Positions 9,238 through 18,628 of a stretch of 64,000 bases of DNA are shown here, piece by piece. The stretch lies in the IMG/VR virus record IMGVR_UViG_3300002835_000006. One strand, given 5' to 3'. Below the pieces are notes generated by a model. It saw only the letters and a program-made list of their open reading frames with translations, was not told where the DNA came from and did not search any database. This stretch comes from a virus. Its lineage: Duplodnaviria; Caudoviricetes. A program made the translations under genes and the position numbers. Numbering within the stretch: position 1 is the first letter of the stretch; the number at the start of each line of letters is the position of its first letter.

Positions 9238-11451
9238 ATGTCTTATCAGAATATTAATCAATACAATTTTAGAAAATGGAGACTTATCCCCTTCAATGAG
9301 ATTACAGACTTATGTCTTGCCAGCGATGAGAGGGATTATGACCAAGAGGTAGTTTTTTCCCCATTACTGATAGGAGAAGATGATGGAAATATAATGCCCT
9401 TTAGATTTGATTTCAATTCGTCAGCGACAACAATATGTCAGAATAATGATTGTAATTTTAGTAGTGATACAATTGTTTCAGAAAATTATTGGAACCCATT
9501 AGATATTGACCCAAATTTATGTCCTTCAGCATCCACACTTTGTGATGTTGGTCTTACAGGTATAGACAATGGTTTGGTAAAAAAAATGTCAGGAGAAACA
9601 ATCGAAATTACAACTGGTTTGTATACGAATATTTCTGATAGGTTCAGTAGATACAAGTACGATAGAAGGATGAAATTACATCCAATTACAGGATTTACAA
9701 CAACTCAAAATAGATTGTGGAATGATGATTCATATACCTATCAAATGCAATATACATATGAAAATCCTTCTGTAGGATATGTTGCGGAGTTGTTCGGGGG
9801 ATTTTTTCAAGGGTTTTACAAAATACCAGGATACGATTATCAGGTATTCCCCGAAAGAGTTGGTTTAGGATGGACTGCTGAATTTATGTTAAAACACAGA
9901 TGGTGGGGGGATACTTACGTGGGATTAAATAAAAGATACCCTGAAAACAAGGGTACATTCTTTTATATGGGCGCAAGAGCTGAAAATAAATTTTATCACT
10001 ACGCTGATGGTTCTCCAAAACAAGACACGGGTTACACGAGGGTAACTTCGGGATTGACTTGCATGCATACTTGCGAGTGTCTAAACACAGGTATAACCGC
10101 AGAACATTCCTGTATTCCTGTGTATCAACCATCAGGTGTAACATCTTACACCTGTTTGTGTGGTTGTGGTCAGCCAGTCGCCGAAGCATCTATTCCGGAA
10201 TTAGACCCGTTATACGATGGTATTTCAAACGCTCTTTCAGTCAGACTGTCGGGAGATAGTGGAAATCCAAGAATATGTGTAAAAACTTATACAATCACAG
10301 GAGCTTGTGAATTTACCGGTGTGTGTAGTTCAGGACAAACATATGTAACAGGAACATCTGTGAATGAATGGTGTTCAACAAGAGGTATATTCCACGACTG
10401 CGATAATACAAATTATATACTTCAAGAAAATTGGGTTCAAGTTGACGTCGTTTTCAGAAGAAGAGAATATTTTGAAGGGTGCGATTTGCTTGATTTAGGA
10501 GGTTTAGGATTGTTAGTTTCCGAGCAATATACTGCAACAACCGCCAATAATAGTCTGAGTTTGATAGAACCACCACTCACACATAGAGAAGTTTATGACC
10601 CTGCGACTACAGAGATTGTAAAGTTCAAGGATTCGTGGATGGAGGAAAAAAATTTCAGAATAGGTGATTTAGAAATTTATATAAACGGAAGATTGTTTAT
10701 GGTTATTTTGGATTTCGAGGAAATAATTCCAAGACTTTTGAACACACCAAAAGAAAAACAAATTGGTGTGGGTTATAATATTTCTGTTGGCGGGGGTACA
10801 CAGGGATTACATGATAATCTTACTTTTTCGGGTGGATGTCCACAAACAATAGATGATATTGTTTATCAACAAGACCCTGAATGTCTAACCACAAATGATT
10901 TAGATAATACAATTTATTCAGGACTTACCACCGATATTAAATTAGAAGAATTATTTGCCGGAAGTTTTATAGGTAATATAAGTGCATTTAGAATGTATAC
11001 TGAGCCTTTGGATGCCGCTCAAGTTGCACATAATTTTAGAGTTTTAAAAAACAGATATAACTTACTGGACCCTAATTGTCCAAATTGTGTGGTACCACCA
11101 CCATCTCCAACACCAACACCTCCTGTAACTCCAACTAATACACCAACACCTCCTGTAACTCCAACTAATACACCAACACCATCAATCACCCCTCAAGTAA
11201 TATATGGTGCTTGGTTGTGGACAAATAATGTTTGGAATAACGCTTGTAGTATGGCAGGATACGGACCAACAAACGTTTTGGTTTATTCATTTGAGCCGTT
11301 CTCTAATTTAGAACCTGGTGATTTTGTTTATGGAAATACACTTTGTAGTATCCCACCGATAAATACGAAAACTATAATAACTGATGGTAATAGATTTATA
11401 CAAATAGACCCAAGTACTGGTTTAATTGTCAACAAAGGAATATGTCCATAG
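9238..11451 (+). CDS. putative virion protein with LamG/concanavalin-like domain and Pro/Thr linker
   Basis: IYINGRL and FIGNISAFRMYTEPL LamG-type signature; PPPSPTPTPPVTPT tract; many Cys. Confidence 0.65.
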   Translation: MSYQNINQYNFRKWRLIPFNEITDLCLASDERDYDQEVVFSPLLIGEDDGNIMPFRFDFNSSATTICQNNDCNFSSDTIVSENYWNPLDIDPNLCPSASTLCDVGLTGIDNGLVKKMSGETIEITTGLYTNISDRFSRYKYDRRMKLHPITGFTTTQNRLWNDDSYTYQMQYTYENPSVGYVAELFGGFFQGFYKIPGYDYQVFPERVGLGWTAEFMLKHRWWGDTYVGLNKRYPENKGTFFYMGARAENKFYHYADGSPKQDTGYTRVTSGLTCMHTCECLNTGITAEHSCIPVYQPSGVTSYTCLCGCGQPVAEASIPELDPLYDGISNALSVRLSGDSGNPRICVKTYTITGACEFTGVCSSGQTYVTGTSVNEWCSTRGIFHDCDNTNYILQENWVQVDVVFRRREYFEGCDLLDLGGLGLLVSEQYTATTANNSLSLIEPPLTHREVYDPATTEIVKFKDSWMEEKNFRIGDLEIYINGRLFMVILDFEEIIPRLLNTPKEKQIGVGYNISVGGGTQGLHDNLTFSGGCPQTIDDIVYQQDPECLTTNDLDNTIYSGLTTDIKLEELFAGSFIGNISAFRMYTEPLDAAQVAHNFRVLKNRYNLLDPNCPNCVVPPPSPTPTPPVTPTNTPTPPVTPTNTPTPSITPQVIYGAWLWTNNVWNNACSMAGYGPTNVLVYSFEPFSNLEPGDFVYGNTLCSIPPINTKTIITDGNRFIQIDPSTGLIVNKGICP
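11111..11180 (+). repeat. 30-bp coding tandem repeat (about 2.3 copies; TPPVTPTNTP)
   Basis: caccaacacctcctgtaactccaactaata repeated in phase. Confidence 0.9.
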
Positions 11452-11495
11452 TTTCAAATTTATCAAACAAATAAAGTATTTATAAATAAAAAAAA

Positions 11496-12224
11496 ATGGG
11501 TTGTAGTAAACTTACTTTGACTAACACTGGTACAACAGTTGTTACCTTCAATTATCAAGAATGCGATAGTTCTGAATGGGAGTATCAGGTTGAGCTCAAC
11601 CCTAATGAAACAAAAAATATTTGGTTTATAACCGATACTTTTTCTTGTGCTTTTAGTTCTCAAATTATTATCGCCCAAACTGCATTTCCACCTACACCAA
11701 CACCAAGTAAAACTCCGAGTGTGACACCAACACCAACAGTTACTCCTACACCATCAACAACTCCATATTATAAAATTGATGGAATTGGTGTTTATTATTA
11801 TGCTGCAGATGACTCGAGTACAATTTCAGGTATCACAGGTAACATCTTTGCTAATGGTGTGATGATGACAAAAGAGGGACATATTGAATCGAATAAACAA
11901 GTTGCTTTCACAGGTGGTACAATCTCATACTTGGGCACAGGGTCCACATTTACTTTGATATTATCGGCTTCACCTGTTGGTGATTATTACTTAGCAAGTG
12001 ACGGTGTTAGTGGACTATATAATAAACAAATATTATCTGCATTTACTTATACTCAAACTATTACAAATACTGATTTCTTCACAGGTGTCACGAGATTTTA
12101 CTCAGGTGATACTTTATTACCTTATTCTGAAAACGGAGAAATTTCAATAAATAGAGTAAATCATCTAATTTATATCACAGGAGATTATGATACTGGATAT
12201 TTCAACATTTTGCCAAATCCTTAA
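11496..12224 (+). CDS. putative virion protein: shared N-terminal module, PT linker, variable domain
   Basis: N-terminal ~50 aa paralogous to the next gene; PPTPTPSKTPSVTPTPTVTPTPSTTP tract; TATTTAT at 11477. Confidence 0.7.
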   Translation: MGCSKLTLTNTGTTVVTFNYQECDSSEWEYQVELNPNETKNIWFITDTFSCAFSSQIIIAQTAFPPTPTPSKTPSVTPTPTVTPTPSTTPYYKIDGIGVYYYAADDSSTISGITGNIFANGVMMTKEGHIESNKQVAFTGGTISYLGTGSTFTLILSASPVGDYYLASDGVSGLYNKQILSAFTYTQTITNTDFFTGVTRFYSGDTLLPYSENGEISINRVNHLIYITGDYDTGYFNILPNP

Positions 12225-12235
12225 AAAATAAGAAA

Positions 12236-15200
12236 ATGAATTGTATAAAATATAATCTCAAAAATACGGGCGATACCGTAGTAACTTTTAACTATCAAAG
12301 ATGTGATAACGCGGAATTAGAACTTCAGGTTAAACTCGCACCTAATCAAAATAAAATTATTTGGGCAATAAAAGATACTTTGAACATCCCAAATTTTTTC
12401 AGTAATACTACTTCAGTAGAAGAAATATTAGAAACAATTTCCGAGTGTTCGACCTTGGTAAATATTTTTGGACAAGGAACTTTTTATTATAATCCATCAA
12501 CGGATGTTAGGTCTCCTCAAATGGTTATACCAAATGATATCGTACAATCATTGGATGTTGCTCACTCTGAGGAAAAATTGTGGAAACTATACAATCCTCT
12601 CCCTTTCACTTATGTGATAAGAGAATGGGGTCTCACTGGAAATCCTCCATATTTGGTATCATCAACTTATAGAGATTTAACTTTCCCTTCAAATGTTGTG
12701 ATAACTGCTCCTGCAAGCCCTGGACTTTGCCAAGCACCTAATGGTAATTTAGTTTTTATCGATTTTGAACAAAATGTTTGGGAGCTGACCGTTCCTGTAG
12801 CACCTGCAACAGTAATGACTGCAACTTTAAAATATCAGCTACCTTCAGGTTATTTTGTCGGTGGAGACTTTTTAGTAACTGTAAATAACAAATTGTTGGT
12901 TGCCTCAGATACAGAAGTCGGAGGGGTTCCATATATTGCGTTATATCAATTTGATTATAATACAGGTTCTTTTGAGTTCGAAAGTAAAACAGTTGCCATA
13001 AATAATTATTCTGCAACAGGAGGTATAGCAATATTCAACAACGAAATATACATCTATGGTGTTTATGTGTACAAAATGGATAAGACTGCACCATACGGTG
13101 GTGTCAGAACGTCATTACAAGGAGCGGGTGGCGCTTCTTCAACAATTAAATGTAATACTGCGTTTTTAATTGGTTCAGAAACTCCAACACCTACTCCTAC
13201 ATCCACAACAACACCAACTGTCACACCTACAACATTTACAGGAACAACACCAACAGCAACTGAAACAATCGGTCTGACACCGACTCCTACACCAACATCG
13301 CAAGTTTGTTATTCAAATGTGACTTTTGATATTGATTGTAATAATGCTGTGATAGAATACATTGATTGTTGTGGAGATTGCAACTATGCCGGTCCTTATT
13401 CAATAGGAACAGGATATACTTTGAGTGGTATTTGTATTCAAAATGACTCGATTACAGGTCAGCACGTTTTGAACATTCAATATAGTGGTGCTTGTAATTG
13501 TGAGGTCACCCCAACACCAACTCCAACTAATACTTCTACTCCTGAGGGTACTCCGACACCAACACCAACGGAAACTTCAATATTAGAGACACCAACCTGT
13601 ACACCTACTGTGACTCAAACACCAACTCCAACAAATACAGAAACTCCTACTCCAACTGCTACTTCAGTAATTGAGACACCAACACCTACACCTACCGAAA
13701 CCGCTACTTCAGTAATTGAGACACCAACACCTACACCTACCGAAACTGCTACTTCAGTAATTGAGACACCAACACCTACACCTACCGAAACTGCTACTTC
13801 AGTAATTGAGACACCAACACCTACACCAACAAATACAGAAACTCCTACTCCAACTGCTACTTCAGTAATTGAGACACCAACACCTACACCTACTTGTCCG
13901 TATGGAGATTGTTATCACTATGTTGAGATTACTGTTTCAGGCTTTACAGTTATAGAATGGGGACTATGTCCTGGCTCGACCTCTGCTATTATTTATTCTG
14001 CCGATACTTATCCGGCGACTTTCATAGAAGGTCCAACAATCGAATCGGATTGTTTTTCAGGTAATTCGTATACAATTTTGACGGGTTCAACACCTGTTTC
14101 TTTAAATTATTTTAACCCTTGTTGTGATGAATTGGTAACTCCTACACCTACACCAACGAACACAGAAACTCCCACACCAACCGCTACGGAGGGTATAACT
14201 CCAACACCTACACCAACTGAAGAGATAACACCAACTCCAACACCAACTTGTCCGTATGGAGATTGTTATCACTACGTTGAATTTACTATATCAGGTTACT
14301 CTGAAATTGATTGGGTATATTGTCCTGGCACTAGCTCAGGTCAGGTATATTCCGCAGAAACGTATCCTGCAACATTTTTGTTAGGACCAGGTCTTGAGGT
14401 AGATTGTTTCTCAGGTAATTCATATACGGTTGTTTCGGGTTCAACTCCTTATTCATTAAATTATTTCAATCCTTGTTGTGAAGAGTTAGTAACTCCTACA
14501 CCTACCCCATCGCAAACCTCAACTCCTCAAGTGAGTCCAACTTGTACACCAACAGAATCTGAGACACCAACTCCTACACCAGATGTCACTCCAACTTGTA
14601 CACCAACAGAATCTGAGACACCAACTCCTACACCAGATGTCACTCCAACTTGCACACCAACAGAATCTGAGACACCAACTCCTACACCAGATGTCACTCC
14701 AACTTGCACACCAACAGAATCTGAGACACCAACTCCTACACCTTCTTGTACACCAACTTTAACACCAACTTCAACACAGACTTGTTGTCAAATTACAATT
14801 TTGACCAATTCTTCAGTTGATGTGAACATAACTGATTTGACAGTAAATGGTAGTTCAGCAACTTACGTTTCTGGTCAAGCATTACCAAATACTCCTGGTA
14901 ATGGAACGATTTTGTGTTCGACAATCGTGGGCGTTGTTGATATAAGAATCTCGGTGTTAAATTCAGTTGCGGCTCAGAAGATTACTTTAACAGACAGTTT
15001 AGGTAATGTTCAGTGTTATGATATAACTGGAACTGGACCATCTAATTATGATTTCTTAGGTGTGACTTTGAATTGTACAACACCAATCACAGTATTGGCT
15101 GAGGATGGTTCATGTATCGCACCTCCAGAAACCCCGACACCAACACCAACAGCAGAAGTAACACCTACACCAACACCGACCGAAGAGGTGACTCCAACAC

Positions 15201-15667
15201 CAACAATTACACCTTCACCCTCTGAAAGTCCACTACCTGTTTCAGGATTCTCTTACAATTTGATTGCTTTACCATATAACTTGCCATCCGATGGAAATGC
15301 AATTATGAATAACGAACCTAATAATTTCGGAAGTACCGAAATAAACTTATTGGGTCTTTCATCACGAGGTTTTTATTTCAACTCTATAGACACAAGTTTA
15401 ACTGATAGAACATCTTATTATTCAGCTTTTACAGGACAAACTATAACAATTACATTTACTCAGAATGGTGACTCTGCAATATATTCAGGAGACACAGATT
15501 CTTTCAAATTTTGGTCAACTTCAGGAGATACAGGATTTGTGTTTGGTACAGGTATAGGGGTACCTCCGATACCAGAACCCTCAGGAAATGCAGTACTGAT
15601 ACAATCTGCAACAACGACATGGGTCACAGGTGACACTGTTTATGTATCGGCGGTATTGAACGTCTAA
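12236..15667 (+). CDS. mucin-like Thr/Pro-repeat, Cys-rich putative virion protein (1143 aa)
   Basis: Multiple TPTPT arrays separating beta-rich and Cys-rich modules; duplicated CPYGDCYHYVE...NPCC module. Confidence 0.75.
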   Translation: MNCIKYNLKNTGDTVVTFNYQRCDNAELELQVKLAPNQNKIIWAIKDTLNIPNFFSNTTSVEEILETISECSTLVNIFGQGTFYYNPSTDVRSPQMVIPNDIVQSLDVAHSEEKLWKLYNPLPFTYVIREWGLTGNPPYLVSSTYRDLTFPSNVVITAPASPGLCQAPNGNLVFIDFEQNVWELTVPVAPATVMTATLKYQLPSGYFVGGDFLVTVNNKLLVASDTEVGGVPYIALYQFDYNTGSFEFESKTVAINNYSATGGIAIFNNEIYIYGVYVYKMDKTAPYGGVRTSLQGAGGASSTIKCNTAFLIGSETPTPTPTSTTTPTVTPTTFTGTTPTATETIGLTPTPTPTSQVCYSNVTFDIDCNNAVIEYIDCCGDCNYAGPYSIGTGYTLSGICIQNDSITGQHVLNIQYSGACNCEVTPTPTPTNTSTPEGTPTPTPTETSILETPTCTPTVTQTPTPTNTETPTPTATSVIETPTPTPTETATSVIETPTPTPTETATSVIETPTPTPTETATSVIETPTPTPTNTETPTPTATSVIETPTPTPTCPYGDCYHYVEITVSGFTVIEWGLCPGSTSAIIYSADTYPATFIEGPTIESDCFSGNSYTILTGSTPVSLNYFNPCCDELVTPTPTPTNTETPTPTATEGITPTPTPTEEITPTPTPTCPYGDCYHYVEFTISGYSEIDWVYCPGTSSGQVYSAETYPATFLLGPGLEVDCFSGNSYTVVSGSTPYSLNYFNPCCEELVTPTPTPSQTSTPQVSPTCTPTESETPTPTPDVTPTCTPTESETPTPTPDVTPTCTPTESETPTPTPDVTPTCTPTESETPTPTPSCTPTLTPTSTQTCCQITILTNSSVDVNITDLTVNGSSATYVSGQALPNTPGNGTILCSTIVGVVDIRISVLNSVAAQKITLTDSLGNVQCYDITGTGPSNYDFLGVTLNCTTPITVLAEDGSCIAPPETPTPTPTAEVTPTPTPTEEVTPTPTITPSPSESPLPVSGFSYNLIALPYNLPSDGNAIMNNEPNNFGSTEINLLGLSSRGFYFNSIDTSLTDRTSYYSAFTGQTITITFTQNGDSAIYSGDTDSFKFWSTSGDTGFVFGTGIGVPPIPEPSGNAVLIQSATTTWVTGDTVYVSAVLNV
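13655..13894 (+). repeat. 45-bp coding tandem repeat (TATSVIETPTPTPTE, about 5 copies, one interruption)
   Basis: act/accgctacttcagtaattgagacaccaacacctacacc units starting at 13655, 13700, 13745, 13790, 13853. Confidence 0.9.
14537..14743 (+). repeat. 54-bp coding tandem repeat (PTCTPTESETPTPTPDVT, about 3.8 copies)
   Basis: Near-identical units starting at 14537, 14591, 14645, 14699. Confidence 0.9.
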
Positions 15668-15690
15668 TTTTTACAATAAATCTTATTATC

Positions 15691-15725
15691 AAACCCTCTA
15701 CTTTTGTTGAGGGTTTTTTATTTTT
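15691..15725 (+). terminator. intrinsic terminator after the mucin-like gene
   Basis: AAACCCTC-10 nt-GAGGGTTT stem followed by a T-tract. Confidence 0.8.
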
Positions 15726-15742
15726 AAAAAAAACCATTTTCA

Positions 15743-17008
15743 ATGAGCAAAATTTTTATTCAGATTGCTAGTTATCGTGACCCACAATTAGTTTTAACCA
15801 TAAAAGATATGTTAGCAAATGCAAAAAAACCAAAAAATTTGGTTATTGGTATTGCAAGACAATTTTCTGAGTCAGATAAATTTGACAATTTAGACGAATA
15901 CAAAGATGATGAACGTTTTAGAATATTAGACATTCCCTATCAAGAAGCTAAGGGGGTTTGTTGGGCAAGAAATTTAGTTCAACAATTATACTCTGGTGAA
16001 AAATATACTTTACAGATAGACTCACACATGAGATTTGTCAAAGATTGGGATGAAATCCTAATCAACATGATAAAGGGTCTTCAAAAGGATGGGTATAAGA
16101 AACCTCTACTTACGGGTTATGTACCCTCCTTTGACCCTGATAACGACCCTGCAGGAAGAGCACAAGATGCTTGGAGAATGGTGTTTGATAGATTTATTCC
16201 TGAAGGTGCAGTTTTCTTTTTACCTGAAACAATTCCTGGTTGGAGGGAAATGACAAAACCTGTACCAGCAAGATTTTATTCTGCACATTTTTGTTTTACC
16301 TTAGGTTCATTCGCAAAAGAGGTTCAACACAATCCTGAATATTATTTTCACGGTGAAGAAATCTCTATTGCTGCAAGAGCTTATACTTGGGGTTATGATT
16401 TATTTCATCCACATATTCCAGTAATTTATCACGAGTATACTCGCAAGGGTAGAACTAAACAATGGGATGATGACAAAACTTGGGGAGATAGAAATAAACA
16501 TTCACATCTTACAAACAGAAAACTGTTTGGTATGGATGGTGAAAACCAAGAGGGACATGATGGACTTTATGGTTTTGGACCTGTTAGAACACTAAGGGAC
16601 TATGAAAAGTATTCGGGTCTCTTATTCGAAAAAAGAGCTGTAGATAAGTGGTGTTTAGATAAAAACTATCCGCCAAGTCCTGCAATAGAAACTGAAGAAG
16701 ATTGGAAAAAGTCTTTCTGTACTGTTTATAAACACTGTATTGATGTTGGTTACTCCTCTGTTCCTGAAAAAGACTATGATTTTTGGGTTGTCGCATTCCA
16801 TGGACCTAATGACGAAACCCTGTATAGAAAAGATGCAGATAAATCTGAGATTACAAGACTAATGAATGACCCTGACAAATATTGTAAAATTTGGAGGGAG
16901 TTTCAAACTGATGTATTACCTAAGTATTGGGTTGTATGGCCCCATTCAGAATCAAAGGGATGGTGCGATAGATTGACGGGACAATTATCTCATAACCATG
17001 TAAGCTAA
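15743..17008 (+). CDS. GT60-family polypeptide alpha-GlcNAc-transferase homologue (Skp1 Gnt1/OGNT-like)
   Basis: IFIQIASYRD, GVCWAR, LQIDSHMRF, SAHFCF, FHGEEI..AARAYT.GYD..HP..IYHEY motifs. Confidence 0.85.
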   Translation: MSKIFIQIASYRDPQLVLTIKDMLANAKKPKNLVIGIARQFSESDKFDNLDEYKDDERFRILDIPYQEAKGVCWARNLVQQLYSGEKYTLQIDSHMRFVKDWDEILINMIKGLQKDGYKKPLLTGYVPSFDPDNDPAGRAQDAWRMVFDRFIPEGAVFFLPETIPGWREMTKPVPARFYSAHFCFTLGSFAKEVQHNPEYYFHGEEISIAARAYTWGYDLFHPHIPVIYHEYTRKGRTKQWDDDKTWGDRNKHSHLTNRKLFGMDGENQEGHDGLYGFGPVRTLRDYEKYSGLLFEKRAVDKWCLDKNYPPSPAIETEEDWKKSFCTVYKHCIDVGYSSVPEKDYDFWVVAFHGPNDETLYRKDADKSEITRLMNDPDKYCKIWREFQTDVLPKYWVVWPHSESKGWCDRLTGQLSHNHVS

Positions 17009-17751
17009 TGAAATTCCAAGAATTACCTAAGTTTGTAATAAATTTGGAATCTCGTCCCGATAGGTTAGAAGACATAAAATTTGAATTAGAATATGTTGGT
17101 TGGGATTTTGAATTATTCAACGCGATAAATAGAAATAGTTACATGGGATGTACTCTTTCTCATTTAGAAATTCTGAGAATATCTGAAGAGAGAGGATACC
17201 AAAGGGTTATGATTATCGAAGATGATTGTCAATTCATGCCTTATTGTAAATCTTTAATTCAGGACTTGGAATCACAAATATCGGACATCGAGTTCGGTGT
17301 AATGAATTTGGCACCAACATTGAATAGACCAGTAAACAAAAGTTCAAAATATGATTTATTGTTGGATATAACTAATCTTCCACCTAAACCAAACGATAGA
17401 CTGACAGAAATATTTGCAACAAATATTTTGATTTACGATTTAAAGGTGTTAGATGCTGTCAGAACAATAAAAGATTATGCATTTCAAAGCGGTGATTATG
17501 TTCTTCCAATAGACGAACATTTGGTTAAAAACGTATACCCTAAATTCCAATCTTACACTCCAATTTTACCAATAGCACCACAGAAAAATTCATATTCTGA
17601 TGTATCTCATGGGATGTATAATAATTTTTATACTCAAACATATAATTGGAATCAATACTCACCAGTAAAAATACATCACAAATTTTTGAATCAAGATACG
17701 AATAATAAATTCAAAGAAGAAAAAAAACACTTCCATTATAATGAGAATTAA
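17008..17751 (+). CDS. GT25-family glycosyltransferase
   Basis: VINLESRPDR, GCTLSH, IIEDD, PID motifs of GT25 (LgtB/Lex2B-like). Confidence 0.8.
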   Translation: MKFQELPKFVINLESRPDRLEDIKFELEYVGWDFELFNAINRNSYMGCTLSHLEILRISEERGYQRVMIIEDDCQFMPYCKSLIQDLESQISDIEFGVMNLAPTLNRPVNKSSKYDLLLDITNLPPKPNDRLTEIFATNILIYDLKVLDAVRTIKDYAFQSGDYVLPIDEHLVKNVYPKFQSYTPILPIAPQKNSYSDVSHGMYNNFYTQTYNWNQYSPVKIHHKFLNQDTNNKFKEEKKHFHYNEN

Positions 17752-18628
17752 ATTTATAACAGCAATTTATAGTGATTTGAATGGAACAGAGTTGGGGGGT
17801 AGGCCTGCCAGAGGTACTCACTATAGGTTCAGTCTTCTATCTCTTTTAAAAATGACTAATGCAGATTTTCTGTGTTATACTTCTGAAAGAGAGATAGAAT
17901 CTTTGAAAGAGTTTTTTTATAAAGAAAACAATATATCAGAAAACAAATTAAAATTTGAAATATTTGATTTGACTAATTCCAAATTCAAAGATTTAATAAA
18001 TCTTAGAAAAAATGTGGAGGACATAAAGAGAGGTGATAGATGTATTGAAATTCAATACTCTAAATTTTCTTGGTGGTGGAACGAAGATAAATCATACGAT
18101 TATTATTATTGGATAGACGCCGGATTATCACATTGTGGTTTGATACCATTGAAGTATTTGAATTTTCCTCATGGTATGAGAAGATTTTATGAGAGTACGT
18201 TGTTTAACAATTCTTTTTCAGAAAATTTAATAATCGACACAAGTGATAAATTTTTAATATTAGGGAAAGAGAATGAAAGGAATTATTGGTCTGGAACCGT
18301 GGACCAAAAATGGTATACCAACTATATAAGACAAATTCATATTATTGGTGGTTTGTTCGGTGGTCATAGAGATAGATGGGATAACATGGTTAGTACATTC
18401 GAAGATTATGTTGTAAAAATCTTGTCGGATGATTCTTGTAAGTTTTTACCTCATGAAGAACAAATAATGACTTTAATGTTTTATAACCACAACGATTTGT
18501 TTGTTAGGAAACATTTTGATATTTGGTGGTGTAGGGATAACGCACCACAAGGGACTAGTGAAGAACTATTTCTGAAAAATAAAAGTTTTTATAAAATCTT
18601 AGAGGAATTTAATAGAATATATGAATAA
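17741..18628 (+). CDS. HtrL/YibB (WlaTC)-like putative glycosyltransferase
   Basis: YYWIDAG, IGGLFGG, EEQIMT motifs shared with the next gene's N-half. Confidence 0.6.
   Translation: MRIKFITAIYSDLNGTELGGRPARGTHYRFSLLSLLKMTNADFLCYTSEREIESLKEFFYKENNISENKLKFEIFDLTNSKFKDLINLRKNVEDIKRGDRCIEIQYSKFSWWWNEDKSYDYYYWIDAGLSHCGLIPLKYLNFPHGMRRFYESTLFNNSFSENLIIDTSDKFLILGKENERNYWSGTVDQKWYTNYIRQIHIIGGLFGGHRDRWDNMVSTFEDYVVKILSDDSCKFLPHEEQIMTLMFYNHNDLFVRKHFDIWWCRDNAPQGTSEELFLKNKSFYKILEEFNRIYE

Noticed and set aside
13892-14510. Duplicated Cys module as a possible DGR template/variable repeat pair
   Set aside because: Differences are spread over all bases and are largely third-position, not adenine-specific; no reverse transcriptase in the window
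13655-14743. Regular 45-bp and 54-bp repeats resembling a CRISPR array
   Set aside because: Units are contiguous, in frame in a coding region and have no unique spacers; no cas genes in the window
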